DNA of 64,000 nucleotides from Dimorphilus gyrociliatus (GCA_904063045.1 CAJFCJ010000049.1:103313-167312), one strand, 5' to 3'. Shown: positions 23,800 through 36,305, counted from the first letter of the stretch. Translations and numbers: made by a program. Notes: generated by a model not told the origin, from the letters alone.

Positions 23800-25200
23800 G
23801 ACTTATTTCTTTTAAAATCTTCCTTATTTTATTCTATATGAAGGCAGCATTTGCGAAAGGGCTTTAGTTTTAGGCAGGTGAAATGGAGTTTACAGTATAC
23901 TCTATCGAATTACTATATTTAAGGATAATAAAAACTGTAAATGATATTTTTGTATACCTTGTTCTCTTCAAAATACCTCTGTGTCCAGTTTTTCTTAAAA
24001 ACGATCCAGTGCTCCATATCAATCCCTCGTCACCAAACTGATAAAGTCTTACTTGAACTCTGTTAAAAAGTCCGAATGCAGATATTCAAAGCTATATAAC
24101 ATTTTGGTTTGAGTATCTGCATCTTTTAAAGGTTCTCTTTCCCAAGCATTCTATTATGTTTTTTTTTATTCATCAAAAAGTTCTGAACACTTAAAAACTA
24201 TACTACTTACACGTGGCTTAATATCTGAAAGAAGGTATGGAGCTAAACTTGCCTTTTCACGTTTTAGGCGAAATGTCAAATCCAAATGTTCGGTTAAACT
24301 AAGCAACCATTGGTAAAGATCTTTTTAATAAAACTTTTCAGACCAAATTTTGGGTAAGTCATCATGAAACAATTTTCCATTCTAAATTATGGAGAAAAGT
24401 ATGATGAATAATTCAATGCAACTCCTATTGAAATAATTCTTGAATACAAACTTTAACTGCATTTTCTTGAACTGAAACAATACAGGCCATTTTATCCATA
24501 ATTGAGGATTTATAATAACTTGATTCTTTAAATACTCATTTTGAAATAATAGAATGGATCCTAAATCATAATGAAATTCAAGTGCCTGATAAAACTACAG
24601 ACCAAGAGAAAAAGAGTGAAAAAAATTCAAAACGTAAATCACAAATTATGTAAATGTAAACCTCGTCCTTATCAACAATATGACAAACTTCAGGAAGGTT
24701 AATGGCTCGCTTAATTGGATTTATATTTAAACTTTTGTTCTCACTGACAGAATGATTACAGAATAATTTTATTGAAAAGTGTATTAAATAATATATATTT
24801 TGCAAATTTTCCAAATACTCAATACTGTCATCCAAAACTTCAAAACTGAAATCTTAATTTAGAACGACTGTTTATTGATTCTAACTGCCTTAGAATTTTG
24901 AACGACTGTTTATTGATATGCTTTAAAACATTCCATGAAGAAATTCTGGATATTTTTCTATACATAATATCCTTGAATTCTTGAATTACATTTACAGTGA
25001 CTGCAAGATATCTTTTTATAACATCTCTATATATTTGGATCACATTTCCTTCATCTAATCCAATATGACTCAGATGAGAAAAGTTGTCAAAATAAAATTT
25101 TTGTATGTAGCAATTTTTTTGTTTTGAAGAATGATAGCCTATCAATATGTTTTGAGACTCCAAGATTAAATAAGAACGTTCTATTGTTACATGTTTCATT
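23800..25200 (-). pseudogene. Roco-family (COR domain) pseudogene
   Basis: FYQALEFHYDLGSILLFQNEYL..INPQ, YQWLLSLTEHLDLTF..LAPYLL, and YSFEYL[fs]FNRVQVRLYQFGDEGLIWSTGSFLRKTGH match COR motifs of LRRK/MFHAS1-like proteins. GT-AG introns present. ROC G-motifs not recovered. Confidence 0.65.
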
Positions 25201-25567
25201 CTACGTTGTATTCTACTCTTTTGTTTTTGGATAAAATGTCTATTTCAATTTTTTCTTCTTATCCCAAATTCACTAGCTTTTTGACCAATTAAATCCAGCT
25301 TTTATAGACTTATTAAAATTTATAAACCTTTTAATGGTCATTAACAAATTTAAATATCAAACCAGGATTTTTTCCAATTTCATCCTCAACATTTTTAGTA
25401 TCATGATCTGTAAGGAAAGCTTGAAAATAGCTGGAAAATTCTTCCAAGTTATCCAAACACAGATGACTTCTAGTATTTAAAATATTTTTAGCATAGATAG
25501 GACAACCAAATTTTTCCATGTAGAATGTTATCTATTAAAACAGAGAAAAAAATTAAAACCTTTTAAT

Positions 25568-26458
25568 TCACAACATTGCATACCCACTACCCATAACCAC
25601 AACTTCACCTGATTTCTTATTATATAATCTTTGACGAATTTCTCTATATAGCCCATGTCTATATAGTTTTAAATGAAATAAATTTAAAATTAACTTCATA
25701 TTTCTGAAGAGATTTTGAATCTGTACCGCTTCCTCTACAATAGGCAAGATTATCTCCTTAGCCTTTGCTACGATTTTGTATTCGTATTGATAACTCCTTT
25801 GTGCGAGGGTCAATAATCTATTAACTATTTCCTCTGATTTATCCTTTGAAACTTTTTCTTTCCAGATCATTTCGGATTCCAGTTCCTTTAAATAGATAAG
25901 ATTTTCATTTCTGCTGGAGGATTGAATTCTTCGCTCTCTCAATAACGATTTTATAGATTCGGAATCACTATCTGAAAGGTCTAATTTGAAATCATTTCTT
26001 TTTCTCCTGACTTCTGAATTTGGTAGTTCGGAATTTATCGAATTTGCATCTTCGTAGTCTGCTAAAGGAGGAAATTCCTCTACTAACGATCTTTGCTCCA
26101 AAGCGTGAATTTCTTTTGATTTGAATTCTGTTTCTTTCATCCAAAATTCCGACTTAAAAGGCTTCTTTACCAACTTCGCTGTTTGGAGCCAACCATCATC
26201 TCTGTCCTCCTCTTTAGGAACATATCCTCCATCTTTAATACTTTCTTCCATTTTCTCTAACAAATTTTCGAGTTCGCTGAGATCTGAGGAACAATATGTT
26301 CCTACCTTTTCTCTTGTCCAACTTAAAATGTCCTTAATGTACCAAATTTTTGCCATAACATTGGCTCTTGAATGACTCCTTTTTGAGTAAATTCTTAAGA
26401 GGGGGGCTTTTTGATGTAACAATCTTGAAACTAACACACCTTTTAATTGAGATGGCAA
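25568..26458 (-). CDS. Orphan 296-aa open frame, family unrecognised
   Basis: Uninterrupted 891-nt ORF in otherwise decayed DNA. Charged and helical. A possible in-frame 36-nt intron near 25659-25694. Start codon uncertain. Confidence 0.5.
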   Translation of the reverse strand: MPSQLKGVLVSRLLHQKAPLLRIYSKRSHSRANVMAKIWYIKDILSWTREKVGTYCSSDLSELENLLEKMEESIKDGGYVPKEEDRDDGWLQTAKLVKKPFKSEFWMKETEFKSKEIHALEQRSLVEEFPPLADYEDANSINSELPNSEVRRKRNDFKLDLSDSDSESIKSLLRERRIQSSSRNENLIYLKELESEMIWKEKVSKDKSEEIVNRLLTLAQRSYQYEYKIVAKAKEIILPIVEEAVQIQNLFRNMKLILNLFHLKLYRHGLYREIRQRLYNKKSGEVVVMGSGYAML

Positions 26459-26866
26459 TATAGAATCTTCAAAATCATCAGAGTTTATATTCTCGCCATT
26501 TTAATTTTCAAAATTTTTTCAACAGTCAAATGTTCTTTTTTTTCAATGGTCCAACATTTCAACGGTCAAACGTTCTATCTTCCAAACTGTTATAATTACC
26601 TTTGGTTCTTGATTATTGAAATATTCTTTTCTACTGGACATTCCCAGTGATTCTTAACTCCCAATGGTTAAGATATTCTCAACTTTCGAACGTGAGGAAC
26701 AATTTAAATTCTCCTTTCTGAATCGTCCCAAAAACGTAAAACTAAATTCAAAATTTGTCTTTTTGAGAACTTCGTCTTGTCTTTACTTTTGAATAAAGTA
26801 GGAAAGAACTTTATTATAATAGTTACCGTGAAACATATATCTTAACGATATATATTACGACGGTAA

Positions 26867-26990
26867 AGACAATTCAGCTACTGAACGTAGACCAAGAGCC
26901 ACCTGGCGGGATTCTTACGTTACGTTTAAAAGATACATCGGCCCTCTACCGGCTATTACAAACGTTACTTATTGTAACTTATTCAACATC
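26867..26990 (-). promoter_or_regulatory. Multi-motif module copy 1 with two tandem CTCF-like sites
   Basis: The - strand reads CCGGTAGAGGGC ... CCGCCAGGTGGCTC ... TCAGTAGCTGAATTGTCT. Same blocks at 28683-28824 and 34273-34432. Confidence 0.55.
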
Positions 26991-27189
26991 CACTATGTTT
27001 AAAGCTGATTTTTTATAATCATTTGTTTCTTTTATTAGTCCATTTCCGCATGGTGTAGTCAAACATTTCTGGAAGATATTAATGTAAAATATTAAGACTT
27101 TCTTTTTTTAAAAAAAAACAATAAAAAGCAAATTCTGATAATATTTTTTTTAATTTACAACTTACTGAGAAGTAGACTGATGAGATTTT

Positions 27190-27345
27190 TAATGAATATT
27201 CTACTGCAATTTCAATATTTTTCAAAAAGCTTGCCAATAGAGCGAATACACAGTTTTAAAAACTCTACAACATATCTTCAAAGATCTGCAATCCTCATCT
27301 TTTAAACAGATAGAAGCTTCAACTGGTCCACTGTGAAATACTATC
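27190..27345 (+). pseudogene. LRR remnant of the RING-LRR family
   Basis: IFYCNFNIFQ..LQHIFKDLQSSSFKQI resembles the L..I..GLQSSS.TLK unit. Confidence 0.4.
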
Positions 27346-28682
27346 CAATTATAATACATGTCACTGATACTTGTGTTGAGGCTATCTTGACCAAAAAGTA
27401 AATAACTATAATAAATAATTCACCAATGAGACAATTTACTTAATATTGTTTTAAATTTATAGATAGTTGAAACTTCATCAATATCTTCTTTTTCTTCAGA
27501 GTTTAGAATCAAAAAGTTACATTTGCATGAAACAAACTGTTAAGTGATTACCTTCATTATCTTCAATACATCTTTACCACAATATGTCAGATGAAGAGGA
27601 AATAATAAATTAGCCTTTGGGATTTTTAATGCTAATTCTAATTCTTGCAGAAAGTTGACAAACCAGTTTGGATTTGCTACAAACCATTCTTCAGTCATAA
27701 AACTTTTCAAAAGTACTGTGTCCCTAAATTTGAAAAACAGAATATTTCAGAGGAAATTCATCTCTAAATTTTGTGCCAACATACCAATACCATGGCCTAA
27801 GTTTAAGAGTTTGAAAAATGGGAATTGACATAGTTTTTTACTTAGACAATCTGCTTCACTTTCTGTCTCCAAATTAAGAAAATCTAATAGAATGATCAGA
27901 TAAACATTAGATGTCAAAACAATTTAAAAATGAAAAAAAATTAAAGCATTGCCATAAATATTCATTTCCTTTATAAGGTCAGATGTGCTTACGAAGACCT
28001 GTTTATTTTCAAGTATCTTCTCAATACTTTCAATAGATCAATTAATAACATCACAAATAAACAAAATCTTCACAATTATATTATCTAGTGAATTTAAATG
28101 AAGCTTTTACCTCATAGCTCTTTTAAGCAGGAATATTAATAATAGAAATGTTAGGAGAATTATCACCTTTCAAGGTTGTTTAATTCTGATAATAATTGAG
28201 TTAAAGCCATTAAATTATGAATATTGTTTTTGTCGTTGGATTTGAGTTTTGACAAATTTTCATCACTTTTTTCAAAGAAAATTCATTAATTCTTCCATAA
28301 AACTATTTCTACAATTACTGATTTAAATATTATGAAAATACATGAAATTTTTAATAATAGTCTTTTCGAAGTCTTGTATTATAGTCTCAATCTTAGAAAT
28401 TAAGGCATATGTGACTGATACTTCATTAATATTTGTTCCAAATCCTAAAAATATTATAACTCCAGAGTTTTTGGAGTCAGATTCTACAAAAGTTAAAGCA
28501 ACATGATGAGAAAATTTATAATGAAAGAAAAGTAAAGGATTATATATTACCAAAAAAGTCCAATAATAACATCTATAAAATACTTTGAAAGACTTTCCTC
28601 ATCACATGTCAAATTGAATGGAATGAAGAAAACTGATCTCTCAAGGGACAAAAATTGTACATAGTCCTACATGTGTAATAAG

Positions 28683-28824
28683 TGTTGAATAAGTTTATGC
28701 TGGGTAACATCTTCAACAGCCAACAGAGGGCTATGGTCTTTTAAAACATAATAATCAAAACGTAATGACAACACTCGCCAGGTTGCTCTGACAAGAATAT
28801 GATTCAGTAGCTAAATTGTCTTCA
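28683..28824 (+). promoter_or_regulatory. Multi-motif module copy 3 (opposite orientation)
   Basis: AGCCAACAGAGGGC (28718) ... TCGCCAGGTTGCTC ... TCAGTAGCTAAATTGTCTTCA. Confidence 0.55.
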
Positions 28825-29509
28825 CCACTTTAACATTCTCTTTAAATAAATGACTATTAAAATAAAGCCTATCCTGCTTTATTCAAAAATAAGAAAGAAG
28901 AAAGCGAAATGAAAATGACCTAGATTGAAATTTTAAAATGTAATCTTAATTCATAACATTCATAAAATATCCAATTTGTCATTTTCCAGTAATTTAAAAC
29001 ACTTATACAATATTCTACTTTCTGATTTATAATTAAAAATTAAAAATTAATTCTTTCAAATGTTCTCACATTATATCCAGTATTCTTCTTGTCTTTATAC
29101 AAACTATGATATATAGTATTATAACTGCTTTTTTATTATTGCAGTAGGATAAATGCCATTTGTCAACATTATCTGGGTCTAAAGAGAGATGGGGGAGTAA
29201 GGAGGCAAGGGAAGAGAGAAAATACTTCAAACTTACTTCAGAAAATTTCGCAGTTTAGCATTAACGCGAAAGATGTTTTTAAATTATCTATGAAGAAACA
29301 CCAAAGAAATTCAAATGCTAAAAATAATAAATTAATCTGTTACAAGAATCTTTATGATACAACAAACGTTACTTTTAATAGAAAAGTAACATATTCTGGA
29401 AATAAATCAAAAATTATTAGTTACAGTCTTCACCTTTGCGAAGTGGAAATATTTTCTCGTGAATAAGTATAATATAAATTAACTATATCTCAATTAGTTT
29501 TATTTTTAC

Positions 29510-30390
29510 AGTAAATTTAGCTTTCAAAAAACCAGTTTTATCCAAATTAGCAAAAAAGAATCCATATAATTTAACAAATGGCCTAATTAGTAATTATGTA
29601 TCATTTCACCTTGGAATTGATCATTGGCTAGCAAATAATCTTTTAGCTTTAATGTTTTCCGTTTAGATATCAAACCGAGCTTAACTTTATTAAATTCATT
29701 TATAAATTTTTACATTGAAGTAACCAATGAAAATCCTGCTTCAGCCTATGATACAATAAATTATGAATTTTGCGGAAGAAAAAATAATAGTCTATTAACT
29801 ACTGATGCATATTACACAATTTTATGCTCTAAAGGTGGTGTCAAAAGGTCAATTGGTTGTCTTTCGTAGTAATCGCAGCCATTAGGCAAGTATTTCTTTT
29901 AACGAAATTGAAATATTTGGATATTTTTTAAGACTTCCCTATCAACAAAATACGAATATTCTCTTAAATAAACCGGTATTGTGTTCTTCCAACTTTAAAC
30001 ACGAAAATGGAGGCTCTAGACTAACAAATGGAAAGATTTATTTCATAGCAAAGGAGAAAAATATCCCTGGACCAGAGTAGATCTACTCGGAATACACGTA
30101 ATTCATAAAATGGCTGTTACAAACAGAAATCGATATTGTAATGTAATTTTTTTTAAGATAAAGAATTATTTATCAACATGATAATCAATTACTCTTTCTA
30201 GACGCATTTAGAACAAAAAACACAACAGGAATTGTGTCTAATTATTCAGAATTTTCTATAGAAAATCAACTTTTAATTTCTCAAATTTGCTTTAATAATA
30301 ATAAGAGAGAACTTGCATTAATTCCATTTGTACTTTATTGTAAATATGAAAAGTACATCTCCGCAAATAGAATTTATATATGAAGAATTT
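29510..30390 (+). pseudogene. Tandem F-type-lectin (FTP)-like domain gene, frameshifted
   Basis: VNLAFKKPV..LTNG..HW, SFNEIEIFG, NILLNKPVLCSS..RLTNG, and YPWTRVDLLGIHVIHKMAVTNR. Multiple frameshifts and stops. Confidence 0.65.
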
Positions 30391-30554
30391 ATATATGAAT
30401 TATGCATTTCTTCTATAGATTAAAAATAAACAGGTTGTGTACAATAATGTAGTATACAGTGAATGTTAATTTGTGTACTCGTATGATGAAACAACAAAAA
30501 ATTCATAAAATTAATTATTATTTGATACTACAGAAAAAGGCCCTAGATGTATAG

Positions 30555-30621
30555 TTTTACTCTAACCATCCCTTGGCTATGTCTAACCATTTTCAATATC
30601 CCAAACCTTAGATGGGCCTCT
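30555..30621 (+). repeat. CCTAAC-rich repeat copy B
   Basis: Aligns with 378-450 and 54628-54700. Confidence 0.6.
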
Positions 30622-31690
30622 GATACCAAAAGTTGTACACACCAGCTTCTTCAACTAATGAGATAAAGACAAATTTAAGGCCTTTCAAGAAGATATTATT
30701 ATAGAAAAAAAAACTGTTATCCGCAAACTCAAATACACAATAGTGTGATGAATGCAAAAATATCACTTTAATCACATCATGACATGAAAAATGCACAATC
30801 AACACATGACCTCATGATTATACTTATTAACTTTTAATAAGAAAATATTAAAAGAAATAATTAAGAAGAGAAAATTATAGCACCGTTATTGATAAATGAG
30901 GTTACTAACGTTCCTTTTATCTGTTTTAAATCTGCATTTATACTTTTATGCTGTTTTATTAAAATTGATACTATCTTTTGAGTTGAAAAACAAATTACGC
31001 TTGATGAATATCCTGGTCCAGTTAAAATGTAGAGTATTATCTGTATATTAAATTAAAAGTTAAAAATAATATTTTATTAAACATTTTTATTTTGACAACG
31101 GCGATGAAAAGAGTCTATAGCTGATTTCTCAAAACCAATTATTTTTTTAAATCTTCCTCACAATACTTATAAACATTATAATAATTGACATTTATGGTTT
31201 TCCAAACCTTCCTCCAATCCCATAATATCTTGTAAAGTAGTCTATATTACTTATCTCTTGGATTCTCGCTCAGTTAAGCGTTATCGTAGCCATATGGAAT
31301 AACTATTCTATTGTTATTTTGACTAATAATGAATGAAATTATTGTCTATAAGAGAAACACAGCAGTGATTGCTCTGCTTTTTGTTTCCCATAATGAATTA
31401 TAACTAGCCTATAATGAATTATTCTTTATACTATAATAATTTATTATATAAGGGAATTACACCTGAAAAAAGCCCCACAATATTTTTTCCAGTTAGTCTG
31501 TCACTATTCAATTATTTGAGATGGATATTATCAAAAACATTTTCGTGATGCCAAAGTACTAGTATTTGTATTAGACCATTTATATTTACTACATGTTGTA
31601 CAGCAACAGCTTAAATTCAAACATTGTTGATTAACCAAAAAACGAAAAATTAGCTGTAAGGTGAACAATTCATATTTGAAGAGAATGACT

Positions 31691-34600
31691 TTAAGCATTA
31701 TGGCCTATCTTAATGTAAAAATCACTTCTTGCGGATGTTTTATAATTCAATCCACTAGTTTTAGCTTCAAACTTGATATAGCATACCCTCTTTTCTGGGT
31801 GGTAAACAAAGCCAACACAGCGAGTATTTGAATCACAAGTTTCAGAGCATAAAATTGGATTTGCATTTTTTAAACGCTTGATATCAAAGCCAGGATATTT
31901 TTTCAAAGGATATTTGACATACATATCCAATGCAGCTGTGTATTAAAATATTTTTTTCACAGTTCTTGCTTGTTGCAAGTATTTAAATACTTACAAGTAG
32001 GCCTTGATCTTATATACAAGTCAGAATTTGGATGATGTTTAAAGTTTGGCCCTGAAGCCTTGGAGACATGTTTCAGATAACAATATTCTCCAGTAAGATG
32101 ATATAATACGCCAATACAATCCTTTGTTTTGTCACAGGTAGCAATGCACTCGCTATTTGCCACATTATTTATTCTTTTAATATCGAATCCTGGATAATCT
32201 TTAAAAGGATAATGAGTATATCCTTTAAATTTAACTGCAAAAATGGAAATTATTTAATTATTTAAAGCTAGAATGTTTCTAAAATTTTACAATTTATGCA
32301 CTTGTATTGTACTCTTAAATTCTTTACAATTCCTTTGCAGGGATCTGTAAAAACGCTATTTGTTGCTTCAATTTGACAGTTTTGTTTTCCATGACAAAGC
32401 TCAATAGATTTGGACTTGGATAATCCTGATACACAATTATTTGAAAGACTTTTTGAAATTTTTGCACACGATGATAAGTCATCTTTATCTCTTCCATATT
32501 TTGCTGTAAATATAAATATTCCAGTTCCAGTTGGGCACGAAAGTGTCATGGATTTGTGTTCACATACAAATTTTTCATCAATTGCTTTAAAAAATTGAAT
32601 TGTTTAAATTTTCTCAAACATCTTAAAAAAATCTTATACAACTTGGTCCATCAATTCTAAGATATACATCAGTGATTCCAAGATCTTTAAAATTCGGACT
32701 AGAAGTTTCTATTTTACTTTTCAAATGGCAAATATTAAGAGTGTAGAGGAAAACAGTTCCAGAACAACCAATAGTTTTATCACAATATTTTGCACAGTCA
32801 ATTGGATTTGATTTGAAATATCTCTTTAAATCAAATCCTGGATAATCTTTCAATGGATATCTTTTATATCCTTTACAGTTTACTGAAAAAAAAAGAGTAT
32901 TTATAATTCGGAATCATAGAGTTATAAAGTTTACAGTTCGGTTTATCATTTCTCAAGTATAAATCAGTTGTTTTAAGGTCTTTAAAATTTGGTCCAGAAA
33001 TTTCTATTTTACTTTTTAAGTGGCAAATATTTTGAGTTAAGAGGAAAACAGTTCCGAAACAGCCAATTGTTTTATCACAATATTTTGCACAATCAATTGG
33101 ATTGGAGTTTAAATATCTCTTTATATCATATTCTGGATAATCTTTCGATGGATATCTTTTATATCCTTTAATACTTGCTGAAAATGATTAATATGTATGT
33201 AAATATATACATATATAGTCTATATACAGGTAAGTCACAGTAACACCTCAAAAAAATACTTAAAGAATAAAAATGAAAGATATTACTATAATTAATAATA
33301 TTCTTCCTATCATTATAGAGAGAAAATATACATTTTTCATTTTAAATCTCCAAATTATCGATATTTTAATGTGGTAGGCCTATTTTCAATGGGAGCATAA
33401 AATAATTGTTATAATCAAAAAAATTAATCTAAAAAAATATAAAAAGTATTTTGTTTTCTTATTCTGACTACTATTTAACAGGATACTAAAGATTTTAATG
33501 CCTCAGTATTTTGTGTGCATACCCTTAGCCTCTATAACTGCACAAAGCCTTCTTTCTATTGTCTGGTATAAAAATTGAATTTCAAATTCTGAAATTATTC
33601 AAAATTCATCTCTGAACATATCCAACATGACTGCTCAAAATTTTGATAAAGTCTGAAGCTGTCATGCAATTAGACACTAAAGCTAGGTCCCTATCTCCAT
33701 TGAATTTAATATAGCCAAATACCATGAACCATGATACTCCCTCCCCCAAATTTTACTGTTTTTGTTGTATATTTGGGGTCGTTCCGTTTTCCTGGTGGCC
33801 TCCTAACAAACTCCATCCTCCTGCAGTGCAGCTCAGCCTTTGATTCATCAGAAAAAAATACTTTTTCCAATTTTTAATCCCCCACTTTCCCTCTCTCTAC
33901 AGAACTCTTTCCTACTTATTATCTGCCTCTAGGATAAAGCAGGTTTTTTGGCTGCAATCCTTCAGTTTAAATTATTTTTTCTTAATATTTGCTTCACTGT
34001 TGTTAGAAACAGAGATATAGGTATGCCAGGGTTATATAATACCTGATGGGCTGTCCACTTGGGGTTCGATTTAGATGCCCTGGTAGTTTGCCTTTCCATC
34101 TTTGGTGTCACTTTTTTTTGGTCTACCACTTCTTTGTTTATCTCTGACAGTCTTTAGCTTTTTAAATTATTTTTTATGTTTAGTACAGTAGTTGGTTTTG
34201 AATAAAATAGAATAGTCTTTATTTTAATAGTCACCATAATCATACATCTCATTTAAAGAGATGTATATGTGTTGAAGACAATTCAGCTACTGATCATCTG
34301 ATAGGGAATGAGAGCCACCTAGCGAGAGCGTATAAACCGTTTTAAAATACAGCAAAGCCCTCTGTTGGCTATAACTACTATCGGACAACGAATCTTACGA
34401 AAATTCGTTATTCGTTTCATGAATTATTTAACAGTTGGACTACATTTAAAAAGCTTTGCCACTTTTCAAATGGACATTTCAGGGTTAGGGTTATTAAATA
34501 TCCTTTATTTTGATTCTTTAAGTATAGAAAGAGAAAAATCAAGAAAATATATATTTTTTTAGGTTTTACAGTGACTTACCCCCGGTACTGTCTGTGCATT

Positions 34601-36266
34601 TGAGAAAAGTGATGGACAATTTAATATTGTTCTCTTACTATTTGGTTCTTGTATTCTGAAGTATAAATCAGTTATTTTAAGATCTTTAAAATTTGGACCA
34701 GAGGTTTCCATTTTACTTTTTAAGTGGCAAATATTTTGAGTTAAGAGGAAAACAGTTCCAAAACAACCAAATGTTTCATTACAATATTTAGCGCAATCAA
34801 TTGGATTTGAGTTTAAATATCTCTTTAAATCATATCCTGGATAGTCTTTTGATCGATATCTTTTATATCCTTTAATGTTTTCTATAAAAATGATATAAAC
34901 AATTGTCGGATAAGTACTTTGAATTTGAATTTTTTACCATTATTTTTCTTAAAATAAATATCTACACGTTCAGTAATTTTGAAATTTTCTCCAGATGGCT
35001 CTGCTTTATGTTTTATGTAACAACTTTTGCTATGTTTAAGAAATGCGAAAGCAACACAGTTGTCCTGCTTATTGCAATAGACAGCACATTCTTTCAGATT
35101 GGAATCCTTATATTCTCTAATATCAAAACCAGGATAATCTTTTCCAGTATAACCATCATAACCTATTTGGTGAAATAAGTGTATTTGACAAAAATGTATG
35201 TTTTTGTTGCCAACCTTCAAGTTTATCTAATTTAAGGAAAAAAATTCCGAGAGGATGACTTTTAAAATTAGGTCCACTAGCTCGACCTTCTCTTTTTAAG
35301 TAACAAAATGCTTTTGTTTTATGGTATTCAAAGGCTTTACATAAACTATTTGCATCACAAAATGTACTACAGGCTTTGTAACTGATATTTTCAAACTTTT
35401 TAATATCAAATCCAGGATAATCTTTGCCAACATACATAGTATAGCCAGAAACAACTGAAAAATTTTGATTTAGTATTATTAAAAATTAACTTTTGCTCAT
35501 ACATTTACCATTAGGACCAGTTGTTCTTATATATAAATCACCATTGATCCTCTGTATAAAATTTGAACCAGATGCAATGGCTTGTTTTTTAAGAAAACAT
35601 GCTCTGGTTTTACTATTAATAACAAAACCTGCACAACCGTATCTTTTTTCGCATAGATCACGACATGCATTTCTATTCGATTTACCAATATGGGAGATGT
35701 CAAAGTTTGGATAATCTTTAAAATTGTAGAGCGTATAACCAGGAACATTCGCTGTTTAGCAGAATATTTTATATTTTAATATTAATCTTTAGTTTGAAAT
35801 GTTTTGTCGTTTTTAAGTTTACCTGAAACACAGTTACTATCTACTCTAAGATATTTAAGTATTCCTCGACATGGATCACCAAACAGGTTATTCTTTGCAG
35901 GAATGGAGCATTTTTGTATATCATCACAAATTTCTATTGTTTTCGCGAATGACGTTGATGCTTCACAGTTTGTTGATGAAATTCTTGATGCAAATCTTCC
36001 TATAGATCCATTAGGGCACGTTTTTGTGTCCCCCTTATCCCTTCCATATTTTGCGGATACAATTCTAAGAATTTTTCCATCAGGGCAAGCTATGTTCAAA
36101 TTTCCATGTTCGCAAATTAATCCAATATCTGAAACTGTAAAACAAATAGAGAATAAAGAGAAAATGCAAGACTTAATTAAACAAGAAACCAGTTTGAAAA
36201 CACAGGTATACCTGCAATGTCAAGTTTTGTTAAAAATAAAATGGAAACTATAACATGTTTCCACAT
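31691..36266 (-). CDS. Secreted mosaic lectin: signal peptide, SUEL, 6 PAN, SUEL, 2 PAN (11 exons), apparently intact
   Basis: Signal peptide MWKHVIVSILFLTKLDIA (ATG 36266). SUEL motifs AKYGR/DPC/KYL and AKYGR/DPC/KNL. Eight KDYPG(F/Y)DI-type exons with C-x3-C-x5-C and C(Y/H/F)LK, each bounded by phase-1 GT-AG introns. No internal stops found. Confidence 0.9.
33227..34585 (-). mobile_element. Decayed Tc1 element in an intron of the SUEL-PAN gene
   Basis: TIRs CAGGTAAGTCACAGTAACACC and, on the reverse strand, ..GGTAAGTCACTGTAAAACC, flanked by TA. Transposase pieces RSGRPKK, AAKKPAL, VFFSDES, TVKFGGGSIMV and AVIEAKGMHTKY*. Confidence 0.85.
34273..34432 (-). promoter_or_regulatory. Multi-motif module copy 2, nested in the Tc1
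   Basis: The - strand reads CCAACAGAGGGC ... TCGCTAGGTGGCTC ... TCAGTAGCTGAATTGTCTTCA. Confidence 0.55.
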
Positions 36267-36305
36267 TTTGAAAAGCTGTTGATGGTGAAATGGCATTTGT
36301 TTAGA

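Noticed and set aside
27400-28560. Partly open - strand frames hinting at an NLR/NACHT remnant
   Set aside because: No Walker A/B or other diagnostic motif recovered.
31691-35750. Regularly recurring ~30-nt similarity (ccaggataatcttt...) suggestive of a CRISPR-like array
   Set aside because: These are the KDYPG codons of tandem PAN exons separated by introns. The repeats are not identical and there are no cas genes.
35804-36253. 149-aa + strand ORF, and similar ORFs at 61505-61999, 52544-52825, 20482-20796, 26121-26375 and 63054-63763
   Set aside because: Antisense shadows of real coding regions on the opposite strand, with no independent motifs.
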